From: Candidatus Multivoradales bacterium
GTDB taxonomy: Bacteria; Acidobacteriota; Thermoanaerobaculia; Multivoradales; Multivoraceae
Length of the DNA stretch: 64,000 nt
Direction of reading: 5' to 3'
NCBI GenBank assembly: GCA_965223325.1
Contig: CBDCWI010000002.1
Coordinates: 3,360,001-3,424,000 of the forward strand
Shown: piece by piece, positions 1 to 10,182 of the stretch
Layout of the letters: each line of letters starts with the position of its first letter
How positions within the stretch are numbered: position 1 is the stretch's first letter
Notes under the pieces: generated by a model
Told to the model about the DNA's origin: nothing
What the model saw: the letters and a program-made list of their open reading frames with translations, nothing else
The model's database searches: none
Position numbers and translations under genes: made by a program

Positions 1-89
1 TTCCGAATGATGAAGTACGCGACCCAAAACAGCGCCGCGACGACGAAGAAGCTGCGGTCGATTCCGAGACCGGTTAGGAGTTGTTCCAC
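1..89 (-). CDS. 5' part of a probable ATP synthase F0 subunit b/b' (runs off window edge)
   Basis: GTG at 89 gives MEQLLTGLGIDRSFFVVAALFWVAYFIIR(K): a short N-terminal TM helix followed by a basic residue, as in F0 b/b'. Only 29 codons are visible and it is not in the ORF track. Confidence 0.5.
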   Translation of the reverse strand, partial: MEQLLTGLGIDRSFFVVAALFWVAYFIIR

Positions 90-289
90 GAGGTTTGGCC
101 CGCGGGTTCCCGTTCAAATGATCAGAACGCCGAATGATCAAGAACGACTGGGGACCCGAAGAAAGACGTTGGGGTTTTGATTGGCTGGGGACTGGAGAGG
201 GCTCGACTGAAAGCAAAGCGACGGAAAGGCCGAACCGCTACCTGGAAGGCGAGCTGGGACCTACCGAAAACCCGTCCAGAGGCGGCCGT

Positions 290-318
290 AACCTAACACG
301 CTGCCCCATGGGGCGCAA
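290..318 (-). promoter_or_regulatory. putative sigma70 promoter for the gene starting at 89
   Basis: Minus strand TTGCGC-N17-TAGGTT, with TG just upstream of the -10. Confidence 0.4.
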
Positions 319-382
319 CGAATCGGGCCATCTGTAAGGCCTTTGTCTCCGACCGCGGAAGCGGTTATCGGGGCATGCCTAA

Positions 383-1060
383 CTATCGGCGAGCTGTCAC
401 CGAGGCACTCCAGCGGTCGGCCAGGGAGCGGGGGCCCGAAAAGAGCACCAGCGGCACCCCGAGAAACGCCGCCGTCAGGACGGCCGCCAGCCAGCGCTTC
501 ACACACTGCCCCCCGGTCAAGGAGTCGCCGCCATCGTCGAGGGCGATCAGGCGCGCCACCATCATGCCCGGTGTTCGACCCCAGAAGGCCAGTGAAAACA
601 CCAGGTAAACGAACGAAAGCACGAGCAAGAAACCCACCGGCCCCGCCCAGGCCCTGGCGGGAAGAGCGCCCGGGCTCGCCCCGGCCAGCAGGAGACCCAG
701 CGCCACGATCAGGCCCAGAACACCGAGGTCGAGGAGACCCGCGAGCAAGCGATTCGACCGCGTCACCGCTGGCGCGTCCCGGGGGGTGACTTCGCGCACA
801 CCTTCGTCACCGGCCGGTCCGCCCGCGAGAGGATCGGAGGCGACCGCCGGCGGAGCCTCGGCCGCAACATCCCCAGAACGCGCCGATCGGTAGTCGGCGA
901 ACAGATCGAGGTTCCGTGGATCCCCGGCGCGTCCTCCACCATCTGGACCGGCCGATCTTTGTTCACCAGGCTCGCCCTCAGGGGCGAGAGCCGGGTCTTC
1001 GCGGCCCGAAAGCGGCAGGTCGAGTAGCTCCTGGGAGACCTGGTGCTTTCTGGAACTCAC
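383..1060 (-). CDS. RDD family membrane protein with disordered N-terminus
   Basis: RLLAGLLD...VYLVFSLAFWGRTPGM...RSLADRWS matches the RDD (Arg-Asp-Asp) pattern. Confidence 0.85.
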   Translation of the reverse strand: MSSRKHQVSQELLDLPLSGREDPALAPEGEPGEQRSAGPDGGGRAGDPRNLDLFADYRSARSGDVAAEAPPAVASDPLAGGPAGDEGVREVTPRDAPAVTRSNRLLAGLLDLGVLGLIVALGLLLAGASPGALPARAWAGPVGFLLVLSFVYLVFSLAFWGRTPGMMVARLIALDDGGDSLTGGQCVKRWLAAVLTAAFLGVPLVLFSGPRSLADRWSASVTARR

Positions 1061-1102
1061 TTTCAGCCCCTTCGAGGTCTGGAGTGTCTGTGTTGGCCGG
1101 CC

Positions 1103-2962
1103 TTACCTGCGGTAGCCGATCTGCTCTACGAAGATGTCGAAGAGAGTATCGCGACGTCGCCCATCGTACCCCTTGCAGAGCTCGACGACTCGCTCGACGG
1201 TCGGATCGCTGCGGAGCTTGGCGGCTTCGTTGAAGTTCTCGAGAGCAACGTCGACCCGTCCGCGACGAAGGTCGCGAACACCCAGATTGAAATAGCTGTC
1301 GACCAACAGCCGTTCGACGTCACGGTTGGTCTCATCTTCCTGGCGCATGCGCCAGAGGACCGGCACCAACCGCTCCCAGTCCCCCTGCATGAACAGATCG
1401 ATCTGCTGCTTGATGGGCACCAGCTGGCGACGCGAGTCGTCGTAGAGGTCGGCCGCGGTGCCATCGAGAGTCGCTATGCGGTTGGCGGCCCGGAACCTCT
1501 TGGCGGCCTCGAAGTAGCGATTCTGGTTATAAAGAGAGCGGGCTTGCTCGACAAGCGCGTCACGCTCGGCAAGCCGTACCTCGTCGCTCACGCCGTCATC
1601 TTCGGGCGGCGGGTCGTCCAGCTCGGCCTCGAGCTCGGCCTTCCATTCTGCAAGTTGCTTCTTGGCGCGCGCATACTCCGGATGGTCGCGCTCGACGCGC
1701 TCGAGGTGACCGAGTGCCATCTCCTGCTCGCCGTTCTCCCACAGCGTCACCGCGGCCTCGACAGGATCGCTCTTCGGCGGCTTCTTCTTCTTGCCACGGT
1801 CGGCCTGCTCGGTGTTGTCTGAGTTGGGGAACAGTTGATCCTTGTTGGACCACAAGAAGTAGCCGCCGACACCGAGCAGAAGTGCAACCACTGCGGCGAT
1901 CAAGCGGAAGCGACCTTTCCCGGCACCCTTCTTGCCGGGAGCAGGCGCTTTGAGATCGCTACCCGCACCGTCAGGAAGCGGCGCATCCGGGTCGAAAACG
2001 CCCTCGGCAGATTCGAGGTCGTTGAGCTCACCTTCGACATCGGGAACCGCGAAATCGTCTTCGGGCATCAGGTCGGGCTCGCCCGAGTCGATGCGATCAA
2101 TCGCCTCGCGTGCCGCCAGGTGATCCGGGTCGACCTCGAGGACGCGCTCGAAGCCGGCCCGTGCCTCGTCGTTTCTGCCTGCCGCACGGTGCTCCGAGGC
2201 CTCGGCGAAAATCTCTTCGACCTTGCGCTCCGCTTCGTCCATGAGAGTCCGCGCCTCATCGATGCGCTTGGTCGCTTCGGCATGATCGATATCGATGAGG
2301 AAAATGCGCGACCAGGCATCGATCGCCGCCTGATAGTTGCCGCTCGCAAACGATGCCTGGCCCTCGGCGAGGAGCTCGCCGATACGATCGTCACCGTCAC
2401 CGTCCGGAGCGGCCGGGCTGGCTTCCGCCACCACCTCGAGTACCGGCTCGACGACGGCTTCTGCCATCGGGATCTCGGCGACCGGTTCGGCGACGGCTTC
2501 GACCAGGGGCATCGGTGGGTCACCCGGTTCGCCAGCGGACATGACTGGCTCGGCCATCGGCATCGGGTCAGTGGGCTCGCCGAGCCCCATCACTTCGTTG
2601 ATCTCCGCCGCCAGCGGATCCGCGCCAGGTGCGGGTCCCGGAGCAGCCATGGGTACCGCCTCGACCTCGATCGGCTGGGCCGCCTCCGGGGCAGCTGGAA
2701 CTGGTTCAGGGGTCTGAGCGGTCTGGCCCGCTTGACTGGGAAGGGGCAAAGCCTGCAGGCCGCTGAGGTCGCCGCCGCTCTGCAAGAGCTGTTGGAGCTC
2801 GGTCGCCGGGCTGAAGAGTGGGTCCAACTTGAGGATGAAGCCACAACCGAGCTCGGCTTCCTGCCCCCTTCCCTTGGCGGCCAGGTCCAAGGACTGGTTG
2901 TAGGTGGTGACGATGCGATCCTGGGTCTCGACACCGAGGGAGGGATTGCCGGAATAGCTCAT
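1103..2962 (-). CDS. TPR-containing single-pass membrane protein with acidic Pro/Ala-rich linker
   Basis: Start reassigned to MSYSGNPSLG (ATG at 2962). TPR-like helices (GNYQAAIDAWSRI, EARAGFERVLEVDPDH), a central TM segment (IAAVVALLLGVGGYFLW) and C-terminal TPRs. Confidence 0.75.
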   Translation of the reverse strand: MSYSGNPSLGVETQDRIVTTYNQSLDLAAKGRGQEAELGCGFILKLDPLFSPATELQQLLQSGGDLSGLQALPLPSQAGQTAQTPEPVPAAPEAAQPIEVEAVPMAAPGPAPGADPLAAEINEVMGLGEPTDPMPMAEPVMSAGEPGDPPMPLVEAVAEPVAEIPMAEAVVEPVLEVVAEASPAAPDGDGDDRIGELLAEGQASFASGNYQAAIDAWSRIFLIDIDHAEATKRIDEARTLMDEAERKVEEIFAEASEHRAAGRNDEARAGFERVLEVDPDHLAAREAIDRIDSGEPDLMPEDDFAVPDVEGELNDLESAEGVFDPDAPLPDGAGSDLKAPAPGKKGAGKGRFRLIAAVVALLLGVGGYFLWSNKDQLFPNSDNTEQADRGKKKKPPKSDPVEAAVTLWENGEQEMALGHLERVERDHPEYARAKKQLAEWKAELEAELDDPPPEDDGVSDEVRLAERDALVEQARSLYNQNRYFEAAKRFRAANRIATLDGTAADLYDDSRRQLVPIKQQIDLFMQGDWERLVPVLWRMRQEDETNRDVERLLVDSYFNLGVRDLRRGRVDVALENFNEAAKLRSDPTVERVVELCKGYDGRRRDTLFDIFVEQIGYRR

Positions 2963-3162
2963 GGGCGGGGGTCTCGCGGAGGGCTCTGGAGAGAGGGAGG
3001 AATCCGGCCCGAGAACGGCCGAAGGAATGGTGAGACTAGACCGGCTCCGAGGAGCCAGTCGCGAGGTATCATAGCAATCCGCTGTTTCTCGTACCAGCAC
3101 ACCCGCCCTCAGATCCTGCTCCCCGTCCTCCGCGACCCCCCGTTTATATAGTCCGCCCCGCC

Positions 3163-4632
3163 ATGCCTGCCGACTCGCCACCCCAATGCAACTCCCTGGA
3201 CATTTATCTGATCGCCATCGGCGGTACCGGCATGGCCCCGCTCGCCTGTCTTCTAGAGGGTCTGGGACACCAGGTGCGTGGATCGGACGGACCGCTCTAC
3301 CCGCCGATGAGCACGCTCCTCGAGGAGGCTGGAATCGAGCCACTCCTCGGACCTGATCCAACGAATCTGAAACCGGCGCCTGATCTGGTGATCGTCGGAA
3401 ACGCCGTCCATCGCAACAACCCCGAGGCGTTGGCCGTCGAGGCGAGCGGCGTGGAACGGATTTCGATGCCCGATGCCGTGGCGCGCTTTCTGCTCGAGAA
3501 TCGAACCTCGTTGGTGGTCGCGGGAACCCACGGCAAGACCACCACGACCTCGATGGCGGCAACCTGCCTCGAAATCCTCGGGCAGTCGCCCGGCTGGTTG
3601 ATCGGCGGCCGGCCGATCGATCTGCCGAGTAGCCACGCGTTGGGTGGAGACGGAAGCGCGTTCGTCATCGAGGGCGATGAGTACAACGCGGCGTACTTCG
3701 ATCGGGGCCCGAAGTTTCTTCACTATCAGGCCAAGGTGGCGATCATCACCAGCGTCGAGTACGACCACGCCGACCTCTACCCCGACGCGCTCTCCTTCCG
3801 CCGCGCCTTCCGTGACCTGGTGGTGTCGCTGCCGGCTGACGGCCACCTGGTTCTGTGTGTCGACACGCCAGAGCTCCGCGAGCTGGCCCAGTACGCACCC
3901 TGCCCCGTGACGACCTATAGCTTGACGTCGGCGAATAACACCAGCGACACGAGCGACACGACCGACGCCGAGGCCAGGCACGTGCAACCCAGCGGGGAGG
4001 TTCTGGTGCGCAATGGGGTCACGTCCTTTGAGATCGATGGCCCAGCAGGCGCCGCGCGTTTCGAAATCAAGGTCCCCGGTCGCCACAATTCGAGCAACGC
4101 GCTGGCGGTGTGGTGTGCACTTCGAGCGATGGGCCTCGAAGCACAGCCCATCGCCGATGCGCTGAGCCAGTTCCGAGGCGTCGCACGTCGGCTGCAAGAA
4201 CTCGGGCGGCCTAACGATGTCGTGGTCGTCGACGACTTCGCGCACCACCCGACGGCGGTCAAGGCCTCGCTCGAAGGTCTGCGGGCCCGCCACCCGGAGC
4301 GTCGACTGGTTGCGCTCATCGAGCCGCGAAGCCTGACCGCTGGCCGCGCCTTCCTCTTTGACGACTGGCTGGACGCTCTACAAGACGCCGACCACGTCTT
4401 GCTGGCGCCGATCTTCCACGCCAAACGGTTTCAACCCGAACAGCTGCTCGACCTGCCGAGATTGGCGCGCGAGGTCGGGAACCGTGGCGGGCTGGTAGAC
4501 GTTTGTGAGAGTACGGAGGAGCTCTACGAGCGCGCCCTCCTTCTCATCCGACCGGGAGATGTCGTCGTTACGATGACTTCCGGGGCCTTTGACGGCATTC
4601 CGGCGCGCCTTCTTCTGGACCTCGCCGAATGA
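3163..4632 (+). CDS. mpl: murein peptide ligase Mpl (MurC-like Mur ligase)
   Basis: IAIGGTGM, GSDGPLYPPMS, VAGTHGKTTT, EGDEY..AYFD.GPKFLHY and DDFAHHPT are Mpl-type motifs. Confidence 0.88.
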   Translation: MPADSPPQCNSLDIYLIAIGGTGMAPLACLLEGLGHQVRGSDGPLYPPMSTLLEEAGIEPLLGPDPTNLKPAPDLVIVGNAVHRNNPEALAVEASGVERISMPDAVARFLLENRTSLVVAGTHGKTTTTSMAATCLEILGQSPGWLIGGRPIDLPSSHALGGDGSAFVIEGDEYNAAYFDRGPKFLHYQAKVAIITSVEYDHADLYPDALSFRRAFRDLVVSLPADGHLVLCVDTPELRELAQYAPCPVTTYSLTSANNTSDTSDTTDAEARHVQPSGEVLVRNGVTSFEIDGPAGAARFEIKVPGRHNSSNALAVWCALRAMGLEAQPIADALSQFRGVARRLQELGRPNDVVVVDDFAHHPTAVKASLEGLRARHPERRLVALIEPRSLTAGRAFLFDDWLDALQDADHVLLAPIFHAKRFQPEQLLDLPRLAREVGNRGGLVDVCESTEELYERALLLIRPGDVVVTMTSGAFDGIPARLLLDLAE

Positions 4633-4839
4633 AGCGCAGCAATTGACCGTGCCGGGTCGGAGGGCCTGCCGGGTGATCGATCCCGCGCGAAGGTAGAATC
4701 TCCCTTCCAATCGGCCCCGCACGTACCTCTGCCGAACCGAACCTCCTCGCACCTTGCGCCCCAGCTGAAACCCACAGCCCACGGGCCTTCTGAACGCTCC
4801 CCCTGGGAGACGCTTTCTACATTCGGAGCTTCCACCACC

Positions 4840-5877
4840 ATGCGACATCGCACGTTCTTCATTCTCGTTCTCGCTGCCCTTGCTGGCTCCCTACTTCTTG
4901 CCCAGGCAAAACCGAGCGCCTTCGTCGAATCGACGATCGTTGATCTGGGCGCGGCTCCGCGAGGCGAAATGCTCGAGGGCTCCTTCAAGATCGAGAACCG
5001 CGGCGACGCGCCGCTGGTCATTCGCGAGGTACGCGCCGCCTGCGCATGCACGGTGGTCGACTTCGACGAAGAAATCGCGCCCGGTGAATCAGGAACCGTC
5101 AGCTTCGAGCTCGACACGGCGACTCTGGTCGGCGCCTCTGTAAAGGCGATCAACGTCTACACCAACGACGCCGAGAAGCCGCGCATCGACCTTTCAATTC
5201 GCGTCGAGTCCGAGCCGTGGGTCGACGCTCAACCGGGCTACGTGCGCTACACCATCGTCCAGGGTTACGACGCCGAAGAGGCCGATTCGACGCTCCGCCA
5301 GGTGGTCTATGGCCGCGGTGGCGACTTCGCCATCGACGAGGTCGAGTCACCGCACGATTGGATCGAAACCAGCTTTCACGAAGCAGCCCCCGAAGAGCGC
5401 ATCGACCAGGCACCTGGCTCGCAATGGATCATCGAAACGCGGATCTCACCGGCCGCGCCGGTCGGGCCGATCACCGGCTACATCAACGCCAAGCTCCAGC
5501 ACCCCAAGCAGAGTGTGCTTCCGATTCCGGTGTCGGGGTTCGTGCGCCCGGTTTTCGCCGTCACCCCGCACGAGGGCCACTTCGGCACCATCACGCTGTT
5601 TAGAGACAAGCCCAACCGAGCCTCGTTCAAGGTGCAGAACTTCGCCACCGAAGGGATCGCAATCGAGAGCGTCGAACTCGTCCCACCCGTTCCGGGCATC
5701 GAAGCACGTGTCGACACTGAACAAGAAGGGCGTCTCTTCTACGCTGTTCTGCTGTTTGACCGCAGCACTCGCGGCTCCTCGTTCGAAGGCACCCTCAAGC
5801 TCGAGACCGACAGCCCCCGCAAGCCGGTGATCGAGATCCCGGTGTCAGGGCAGATCGCCGAAGAGTTCTCCGAGTGA
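4840..5877 (+). CDS. secreted DUF1573-domain (Ig-like) protein
   Basis: Signal peptide; FKIENRGDAPLVIREVRAACACT...IAPGESG matches the DUF1573 CxCT pattern. Confidence 0.8.
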   Translation: MRHRTFFILVLAALAGSLLLAQAKPSAFVESTIVDLGAAPRGEMLEGSFKIENRGDAPLVIREVRAACACTVVDFDEEIAPGESGTVSFELDTATLVGASVKAINVYTNDAEKPRIDLSIRVESEPWVDAQPGYVRYTIVQGYDAEEADSTLRQVVYGRGGDFAIDEVESPHDWIETSFHEAAPEERIDQAPGSQWIIETRISPAAPVGPITGYINAKLQHPKQSVLPIPVSGFVRPVFAVTPHEGHFGTITLFRDKPNRASFKVQNFATEGIAIESVELVPPVPGIEARVDTEQEGRLFYAVLLFDRSTRGSSFEGTLKLETDSPRKPVIEIPVSGQIAEEFSE

Positions 5878-5905
5878 CCTCGACGCCACCGTCGACGTTC
5901 TGAAG

Positions 5906-6733
5906 CTACGTCTTCGCCTTCGGAGCGCCCCAGAGCTCGGCTTCGTCGCGCGGCGGCGCGGCAGGCTGTGCGCCGCGCTCTGTTCTCTCGCGGACCATCG
6001 CCAGAGTTGGCGCCAGGGCCTCGCGTTGCATCTTGACAAGGGTCTCGATGCCTTCCATGCCCAGGTCGAGTAGCGCATCGAATTGGGCGCGGCTGATGTT
6101 GCCCCGCTCGGCGGTTGATTGCACTTCAACCAGCTCACTGCGCCCCGTTCCAACGACGTTCATGTCGACCCTGGCCGCGCTGTCCTCGACGTACTCGAGA
6201 TCGAGCAGGGGACGATCGGTCACCATGCCCACTGAAATCGCTGCGACTTCGTCCTGAACCGGCCACTGGTCGAGATCCCCGAGCTGGTAACTCTTCGCCA
6301 GGGCATCGACCAGGGCAACCCACGCACCAGTAATCGAAGCGGTTCTAGTACCTCCGTCGGCCTGCAAGACGTCGCAGTCAAGCGTCACGGTACGCTCGCC
6401 GAGCGCCTTCATGTCGACAGCAGCGCGCAGGGCGCGGCCGATCAGCCGTTGAATCTCAGAGGTGCGCCCCGAGGGGCGGCCGCGCGACACTTCGCGAGAC
6501 GAGCGGGTATGGGTCGCGCGCGGCAACATCGAATACTCCGCGGTGATCCAACCCAGCCCGCTGTCGTAGCGAAACGGTGGGACCCGGTTCTCGACGCTGG
6601 CAGAGACCAGCACGATCGTGTCGCCGAACGCCACGCGTGCCGAGCCCTCGGCGTACTTCATGACTCCAGTGTCGATCGACACCGGGCGGAGATCACGATC
6701 TCCGCGGCCACCTGGCCTTTTGTCATCACTCAT
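5906..6733 (-). CDS. rph: ribonuclease PH
   Basis: GWITAEYSMLPRAT, GRTSEIQRLIGRALR, DCDVLQADGGTRTASITGA. Start set to MSDDKRPGGR. Confidence 0.97.
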   Translation of the reverse strand: MSDDKRPGGRGDRDLRPVSIDTGVMKYAEGSARVAFGDTIVLVSASVENRVPPFRYDSGLGWITAEYSMLPRATHTRSSREVSRGRPSGRTSEIQRLIGRALRAAVDMKALGERTVTLDCDVLQADGGTRTASITGAWVALVDALAKSYQLGDLDQWPVQDEVAAISVGMVTDRPLLDLEYVEDSAARVDMNVVGTGRSELVEVQSTAERGNISRAQFDALLDLGMEGIETLVKMQREALAPTLAMVRERTERGAQPAAPPRDEAELWGAPKAKT

Positions 6734-6777
6734 TGTCGCCCCTTCCTTTGGTCGGGCCCGTCTCTGATCGGAGCAGT

Positions 6778-7659
6778 CTACTGGCTCCTGTCGACCCATT
6801 CGATCCGCGTCGCCTCGACGACCCGCGCACCGAGAATCAACCTCGCGAGAGCCACGTGGCGATCACTCTGGTCGGTAAAGCAAAGCCGCAGGGGAGCGGT
6901 GTGCGCCGAGTTCCCCTCGTCGGCGCCATCCAGTCCTGGTTCTGAAATGCACTCGCGCACCGCCCCTGCCAAGCTGCGGGCCGAGTCGACGATCTCGACC
7001 TCTCTGCCCACGACCCTTTGCAGCAAGGGGGCGAGTAGGGGGTAGTGGGTACACCCCAGGACCAGGGTGTCCATCTTCCAATCGCAAAGTGGCGTTAGAT
7101 AGCGGCGGGCAATGGTTTCAGTGACCGGGTCGTCGAGCCATCCCTCTTCGACGAGGGGCACCAACAACGGGCAGGCGACGCTCGAGACTTCAACCTCCTC
7201 GACCGACTCCTCGACGATTGTCCGGGCGTAGGCGCCGGAGCGCACCGTCGCTTCGGTCGCGATGACTCCTACCCGTCCGCGCGTCGCCATGAGCGCCGCC
7301 TTTGCGCCCGGTCGAACAACGCCCCAGATCGGGAGGTTGCACTCGAGGGAATCAAGGGCAGTCGCCGACGCGGTGTTGCAGGCCACTACGACCGCCTTCG
7401 CTCCTTCCGCCTTCAGCCAGTCGACATTGGCCTGGCTGTACTGGGTCACGGTCTCGGGTGACTTCGTGCCATAGGGCAAACGTGCCGTGTCACCCAGGTA
7501 GAGAAGCGCCTCGCCAGGGAGCTCATCTCTGAGCGCCCGCACTACCAAGAGGCCCCCCACTCCGGAGTCGAACACCCCGATAGGCCGCGGATCGATTGCG
7601 GCTGGTGAAAACCGGTTCTCGAGGAACGCCTCCCGTACCGCGCTCAGCGAGCCACCCAA
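6778..7659 (-). CDS. murI: glutamate racemase
   Basis: IGVFDSGVGG, DTARLPYGTKS, VACNTAS, LGCTHYP. Exact start uncertain. Confidence 0.97.
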   Translation of the reverse strand: MGGSLSAVREAFLENRFSPAAIDPRPIGVFDSGVGGLLVVRALRDELPGEALLYLGDTARLPYGTKSPETVTQYSQANVDWLKAEGAKAVVVACNTASATALDSLECNLPIWGVVRPGAKAALMATRGRVGVIATEATVRSGAYARTIVEESVEEVEVSSVACPLLVPLVEEGWLDDPVTETIARRYLTPLCDWKMDTLVLGCTHYPLLAPLLQRVVGREVEIVDSARSLAGAVRECISEPGLDGADEGNSAHTAPLRLCFTDQSDRHVALARLILGARVVEATRIEWVDRSQ

Positions 7660-8246
7660 TACTTGGATGGCAACAGAGGGTGCGACACATCGACGTGGCC
7701 AGCGAAGGTCTCGGCCTGCGAACCGTTCCAGAGCAAGCTGAGGCGTTCGACGTCGTTCACGTTCTCGGTCACCGAATTGACCAGGCTGTAGACCGCCAGC
7801 AGCTCCCGACGCGAACCGGACTCATCGATGCCCCCTCCGAGATCGACCCAGGCAATCTTCTCCTCTGGATCGAAATGGATAGAGCGCAGCTGGGTATCGT
7901 GGGGCAGCGGCGCTTTGAGCACCGAGTTCTGCGGACCGGCGAGGATCTCGGAAACGATCTGGGCGATGCGCTCGCGCGGCGAGTCGACCTTGGCAACGAC
8001 CCGCTCCTCCGCGTAGAGCACTGCCCCCTGGCCGGGGAAGTAGAGCGTCACGGTATCGCCGTCGATGACTTGGGGAGCCGCGACCGGCGCTGGTTCACCG
8101 CTGTCGGCTAGCGACCCTCCCTCGACCGGCACTGGAGCCTCGTCGGAACACCCGCCGAGTGTGACCGTCACACTGAAAGCAACCACCACGAGCACCAGGG
8201 CCCAAGGTTGCTGCCGCTTGCCCCACCCCACCCAGCGCCGTGTCAC
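7644..8246 (-). CDS. GerMN-domain lipoprotein
   Basis: Lipobox LGGC; VTLYFP, EILAGP, ELLAVYSLVNSV, ETFAGHVD. Sits in the typical amidase-GerMN-murI-rph context. Confidence 0.85.
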   Translation of the reverse strand: MTRRWVGWGKRQQPWALVLVVVAFSVTVTLGGCSDEAPVPVEGGSLADSGEPAPVAAPQVIDGDTVTLYFPGQGAVLYAEERVVAKVDSPRERIAQIVSEILAGPQNSVLKAPLPHDTQLRSIHFDPEEKIAWVDLGGGIDESGSRRELLAVYSLVNSVTENVNDVERLSLLWNGSQAETFAGHVDVSHPLLPSKYWVAR

Positions 8247-9814
8247 TCTCCCCCCCCGGGTGAGCTTCCGGAGGCCGGCGCACGGAATCGCTGAATCGCC
8301 GCAACCAGGGAATCGACCAACTGCAGTCGATAGGCAGGATCGAGCAACTTCTTCTCCTCGGCGGGGTTGCTCAGGAACCCCAGTTCCACCAGGACCGCCG
8401 GCATGGTGGCCCCCATCAGAACCCGAAACGGCGCCTGCTTGACACCGCGGTCTGGCAGCCCCAAGGCCTGGTTGAGTTCCTGCTGAATCAGCTTCGCCAG
8501 CTGCTGGCTACGCGCCAAGTGGCGGTTCTGCGCCAGGTCCCAGAGGATCAGCTGCAGGGCGTCGTCGTTCGCACCTCCCTGGTTTTCGAATGCGGCCGCA
8601 GTCGCCGCCGCTGAGTCGCTCGCCTCGGCGGACAGAAAGTAGGTCTCGGCACCACGCGCTCCACTCGACCAGGGCTCGGAGTTGAGATGGATCGAAACGA
8701 AGAGATCGGCCTGATGCTGATTGGCCAGCGCCGTTCGCGTCTCGTGGTCGACCTCCTCGTCGCCGTTGCGCGTCAACACCACCTCGACCGGCAGACGATC
8801 CTGAAGACGTGAGCGCAGGCGACGCGCGATCATCAAGGTCAGGTCTTTCTCGGCGGTTCCGCTACGCGCCACCGTTCCGTGCTCGCTGCCGCCGTGGCCG
8901 GGGTCGATCACGATCTTCATGCGCCCTCCACGCCGGCGGGGGGGCAGGAAGTTCGGCGTTTGCGCCGTGCTGGCGGTCGAGGCTGGCAATTGACGCAGCC
9001 CGCGCGAAACGTCGACCACCAGCTCGAAGGTGTCTTCTTTGTCGAGCTCGTAGGGAGCCGCAGCAGCAGCACCGTCGGCGAGAACGATTTCGAGCCGCGA
9101 GCGGTCGATGCGCAAGCCGCGGATCAAGGGGTCTTCGATGTTGGCCGGAACCTCGCCGGGCGTCAGCCGATCGCCCAGGAAAACCAGGACCATGGCGTCC
9201 TCTTCCTGCTCGACGCGATAGCGCGGCCGCTCTTCGAAAGAGAACAGGAGAGTGGTGATCCCGGCGGTGTGCACCCAATCGACATCGACGACCAGGTCCT
9301 GGCCCTCGCGTCGCGACACCTCGAGCCGGCGTTCGCCTTCGTCCCAGTCGAAACGGAAGCCGAGCATGTCGCCGTAGGTCTTGCGCAGGAAGTCGAGGGG
9401 AACCTCGAGCCCACCGGAGGACATCATGGGCTGTTGCGAAAGCGGCACGATCTCTTGGCCGACTGTCATCACGATGCTGTCGGGACCGACCACCATGCGG
9501 TCCTCGCCGAGCACCAGGGTGTGCCCCTGGCCGAGCGGCCCGATTTCGAGCTCCCCACCTAAGACCTCGACGATCGGCCGGAGGGAGAACAAGGGGCCGC
9601 GGTAGCCCAGGGCGTAGGAAATGCTCGATTCGCGATCGCGATAGTCGAGGACGGCAATCCCCGTACTCCGGATGCGCGGCTGGTCGTCGTCAGACGAGGC
9701 CGCTTCCTGCTGCTGCGCCTGAAGGTGCTGCCCAACCGGCATGCCGAGCACCAGGAGCAGGGCGACCACCAGGAACGGTCGCAGGAGCACGAGAAGAGAG
9801 CGGAGTTTCACCAC
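8243..9814 (-). CDS. N-acetylmuramoyl-L-alanine amidase (Amidase_3) with N-terminal AMIN-like domain
   Basis: IVIDPGHGG, EKDLTL, DLFVSIHLN, MPAVLVELGFLSN; signal peptide. Confidence 0.93.
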   Translation of the reverse strand: MVKLRSLLVLLRPFLVVALLLVLGMPVGQHLQAQQQEAASSDDDQPRIRSTGIAVLDYRDRESSISYALGYRGPLFSLRPIVEVLGGELEIGPLGQGHTLVLGEDRMVVGPDSIVMTVGQEIVPLSQQPMMSSGGLEVPLDFLRKTYGDMLGFRFDWDEGERRLEVSRREGQDLVVDVDWVHTAGITTLLFSFEERPRYRVEQEEDAMVLVFLGDRLTPGEVPANIEDPLIRGLRIDRSRLEIVLADGAAAAAPYELDKEDTFELVVDVSRGLRQLPASTASTAQTPNFLPPRRRGGRMKIVIDPGHGGSEHGTVARSGTAEKDLTLMIARRLRSRLQDRLPVEVVLTRNGDEEVDHETRTALANQHQADLFVSIHLNSEPWSSGARGAETYFLSAEASDSAAATAAAFENQGGANDDALQLILWDLAQNRHLARSQQLAKLIQQELNQALGLPDRGVKQAPFRVLMGATMPAVLVELGFLSNPAEEKKLLDPAYRLQLVDSLVAAIQRFRAPASGSSPGGGE

Positions 9815-9925
9815 AGTGCTGGAAACGATATCTCAGCACAGACCCCCGGCGCGTCGCACTTGTTGCGGTCGACGGAACCGGGCCCGCAGCACTGAGCTAA
9901 GGGCCTGATAACAGAACGCGGAGAA

Positions 9926-10002
9926 TGGCGCACTCGGGAGGAGTCGAACCCCCAACCTTCGGATCCGTAGTCCGACGCTCTATCCAATTGAGCTACGAGT
10001 GC
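9926..10002 (-). tRNA. tRNA-Arg (anticodon ACG)
   Basis: Reverse complement GCACTCGTAGCTCAATTGGATAGAGCGTCGGACT-ACG-GATCCGAAGGTTGGGGGTTCGACTCCTCCCGAGTGCGCCA; 77 nt with encoded CCA. Confidence 0.96.
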
Positions 10003-10182
10003 CTACCGAGACCTGCTCGCGATGGATTCTCGCGCCCTCTAGTGGGCGGATGGCCGGGAAGCCGTGCCGCGCTCCAACGGAGAGCGGCCGTCTCGTACCG
10101 GCTGAGAATCGAAGCACGGATGGTAGCCCAAAAAGGCCCTCGGGACCAGACCAGCGACAAGCGGCTCATCGCACCTCCGTCT

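Noticed and set aside
117-146. Short direct repeat AATGATCA(A)GAACG
   Set aside because: It is two short copies with no assignable function; too weak to call.
9926-9960. tRNA-Arg as an integration site
   Set aside because: No duplicate of its 3' end or integrase was noticed, and the gene downstream is a core amidase.
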